Origin: Ruminococcus albus 7 = DSM 20455
GTDB taxonomy: Bacteria > Bacillota > Clostridia > Oscillospirales > Ruminococcaceae
DNA: 32,000 bases
Assembly (NCBI RefSeq): GCF_000179635.2
Contig: NC_014833.1
Location: 1,500,001 to 1,532,000 of the forward strand
Direction of reading: 5' to 3'
The notes under the pieces: model-generated
What the model saw: the letters and a program-made list of their open reading frames with translations, nothing else
The model's database searches: none
What the model was told of the DNA's origin: nothing
Shown: positions 31,113-32,000 of the stretch, one piece after another
How positions within the stretch are numbered: the first letter of the stretch is position 1
Layout: each line of letters opens with the position of its first letter
Position numbers and translations under genes: made by a program

Positions 31113-31128
31113 GTTAACCAAGGCTAAC
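31113..31128. promoter_or_regulatory. One-mismatch palindrome copy far upstream of the ferredoxin gene
   Basis: GTTAAccaaggCTAAC. Confidence 0.25.
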
Positions 31129-31294
31129 AACAAAGCTTGCCATATACCCTATATCCGACAGGATATATAGGTCAATGAAAAATATACATCAAATCGGAAT
31201 AAGTAAAAAACAACGTATTTACTGACTATTTCTTACATTCACAGGTGAAATGCGGAAGAGGGAAAACAATTAGTGAAGACTAACTGTTGAATTA

Positions 31295-31310
31295 GTTAGT
31301 TGTAACTAAT
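31295..31310. promoter_or_regulatory. One-mismatch palindrome copy 37 nt upstream of the ferredoxin -35
   Basis: aTTAGTTAGttgtaaCTAATcg. It can also be read as 8-bp arms ATTAGTTA/TAACTAAT. Confidence 0.4.
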
Positions 31311-31347
31311 CGTTTATTAATATTTCATTAAATTTTCATAAAAGCCC

Positions 31348-31375
31348 TTGACTATTTGTGAAAATGTGCTATTAT
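31348..31375 (+). promoter_or_regulatory. SigA-type promoter (TTGACT-16-TATTAT with TG extension) of the ferredoxin gene
   Basis: TTGACTatttgtgaaaatgtgcTATTAT. Confidence 0.55.
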
Positions 31376-31445
31376 AGAATACGGAGAGAACGAACCGCAT
31401 CAGCGGTCAGTATCTCTTTCAAGGACTATAAGGAGGTATTTTACT

Positions 31446-31616
31446 ATGGCTTATAAGATTAGTGACGATTGCATCGGTTGCGGCGCTTGCGCTGCTGAGT
31501 GCCCTGTAGGTGCTATTTCCGAGGGTGACGGCAAGTACGTTATCGACGCTTCTGCTTGTCTGGATTGCGGTGCTTGTGCAGGTACATGTCCTGTTGGCGC
31601 TCCTCAGGCTGAATAA
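31446..31616 (+). CDS. fdx: Clostridial-type 2x[4Fe-4S] ferredoxin (56 aa; not in the ORF track)
   Basis: Hand translation: MAYKISDDCIGCGACAAECPVGAISEGDGKYVIDASACLDCGACAGTCPVGAPQAE, with two CxxCxxCxxxCP motifs. AAGGAGG RBS. Confidence 0.92.
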   Translation: MAYKISDDCIGCGACAAECPVGAISEGDGKYVIDASACLDCGACAGTCPVGAPQAE

Positions 31617-31631
31617 TTTTTAGCAGACACG

Positions 31632-31667
31632 ATATCCGTTCCTTTATGGGGACGGATATTTTTTTGC
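31632..31667 (+). terminator. Rho-independent terminator of the ferredoxin gene
   Basis: Stem atatccgt(t)cc/ggacggatat followed by T7. Confidence 0.85.
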
Positions 31668-31800
31668 CTTCGTACTGAATGCTATGTTTTGTATATCAAT
31701 AAAAGTACCGGCTTATACAGTCGCATCAAGTGATATGCTGAAGGAACTGCCATGTAATAAAATATACTAATTTCAGAAATAAAATATATAAAAAACAATA

Positions 31801-31829
31801 TTGACAAAGCTGCTGCTATGAGGTATAAT
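31801..31829 (+). promoter_or_regulatory. Consensus SigA promoter (TTGACA-17-TATAAT) with a leader running off the window
   Basis: TTGACAaagctgctgctatgaggTATAAT. No start codon with an RBS appears in the remaining 170 nt. Confidence 0.55.
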
Positions 31830-32000
31830 ATTAAGCATATTAAGCTGTATAATTATGGTAAAATAAACCAGTATACAGTTTACTAAACTGAAGAGTAAAA
31901 ATACGTTCGTTAAGTGTTGGCTGAACGGGGAGTTGTCAGTCAGATGAAAAGCATGAGCTTGCGCTTCGTATTTTGCATCCCGCTTCATAGGACAAAATAA

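Noticed and set aside
31773-31988. 71-aa minus-strand ORF at the window end
   Set aside because: It is AT-rich with no RBS, and it overlaps a consensus plus-strand promoter.

Overview
This is a Firmicutes/Clostridia-type chromosomal segment. That call rests on GGAGG ribosome-binding sites, ATA/AGG-rich codon usage and the sporulation amidase cwlD. A Ruminococcus-like Oscillospiraceae origin is only a guess. No search tools were used, so every product call comes from motifs read by eye.

Layout:
(1) 1-3140: the tail end of a phage-derived head and head-tail-joining gene block that stops abruptly. No tail, lysis or integrase genes are in view.
(2) 3.1-7.6 kb: an accessory stretch with hairpin-rich DNA, a WG-repeat lipoprotein, an orphan XRE/S24-like regulator, a frameshifted secreted-protein gene and an orphan Hpt protein.
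(3) 7.8-17.1 kb: ordinary genes. These are coaX, an ECF S-component, a GH43 enzyme behind a repeat-filled about 510 nt leader, a CPBP protease, a DUF212/PAP2-like protein, cwlD, a beta-lactamase-like lipoprotein and a GH-A/GH26-like protein.
(4) 17.2-23.8 kb: a metal/iron cluster. It holds a ZIP transporter, an HMA protein, a 122-aa DtxR-family regulator, DUF3793-flavodoxin, feoA-feoA-feoB plus a Cys-rich peptide, and DUF2325. A recurring GTTAG-N6-CTAAC palindrome links these units, and one copy is a near-consensus DtxR/IdeR iron box.
(5) 24.1-30.0 kb: an iorA-[two paralogous 4-TM proteins]-iorB-paaK-yfbM-ACT operon. It is followed by a membrane protein, a 56-aa 2x[4Fe-4S] ferredoxin missing from the ORF track, and a consensus promoter whose leader runs off the window.

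No rRNA, tRNA, CRISPR array, transposase or integrase was seen. The best candidates for something new are the compact iron-box regulon built around a minimal DtxR-like regulator, and the ior operon split by a pair of small membrane-protein paralogs.
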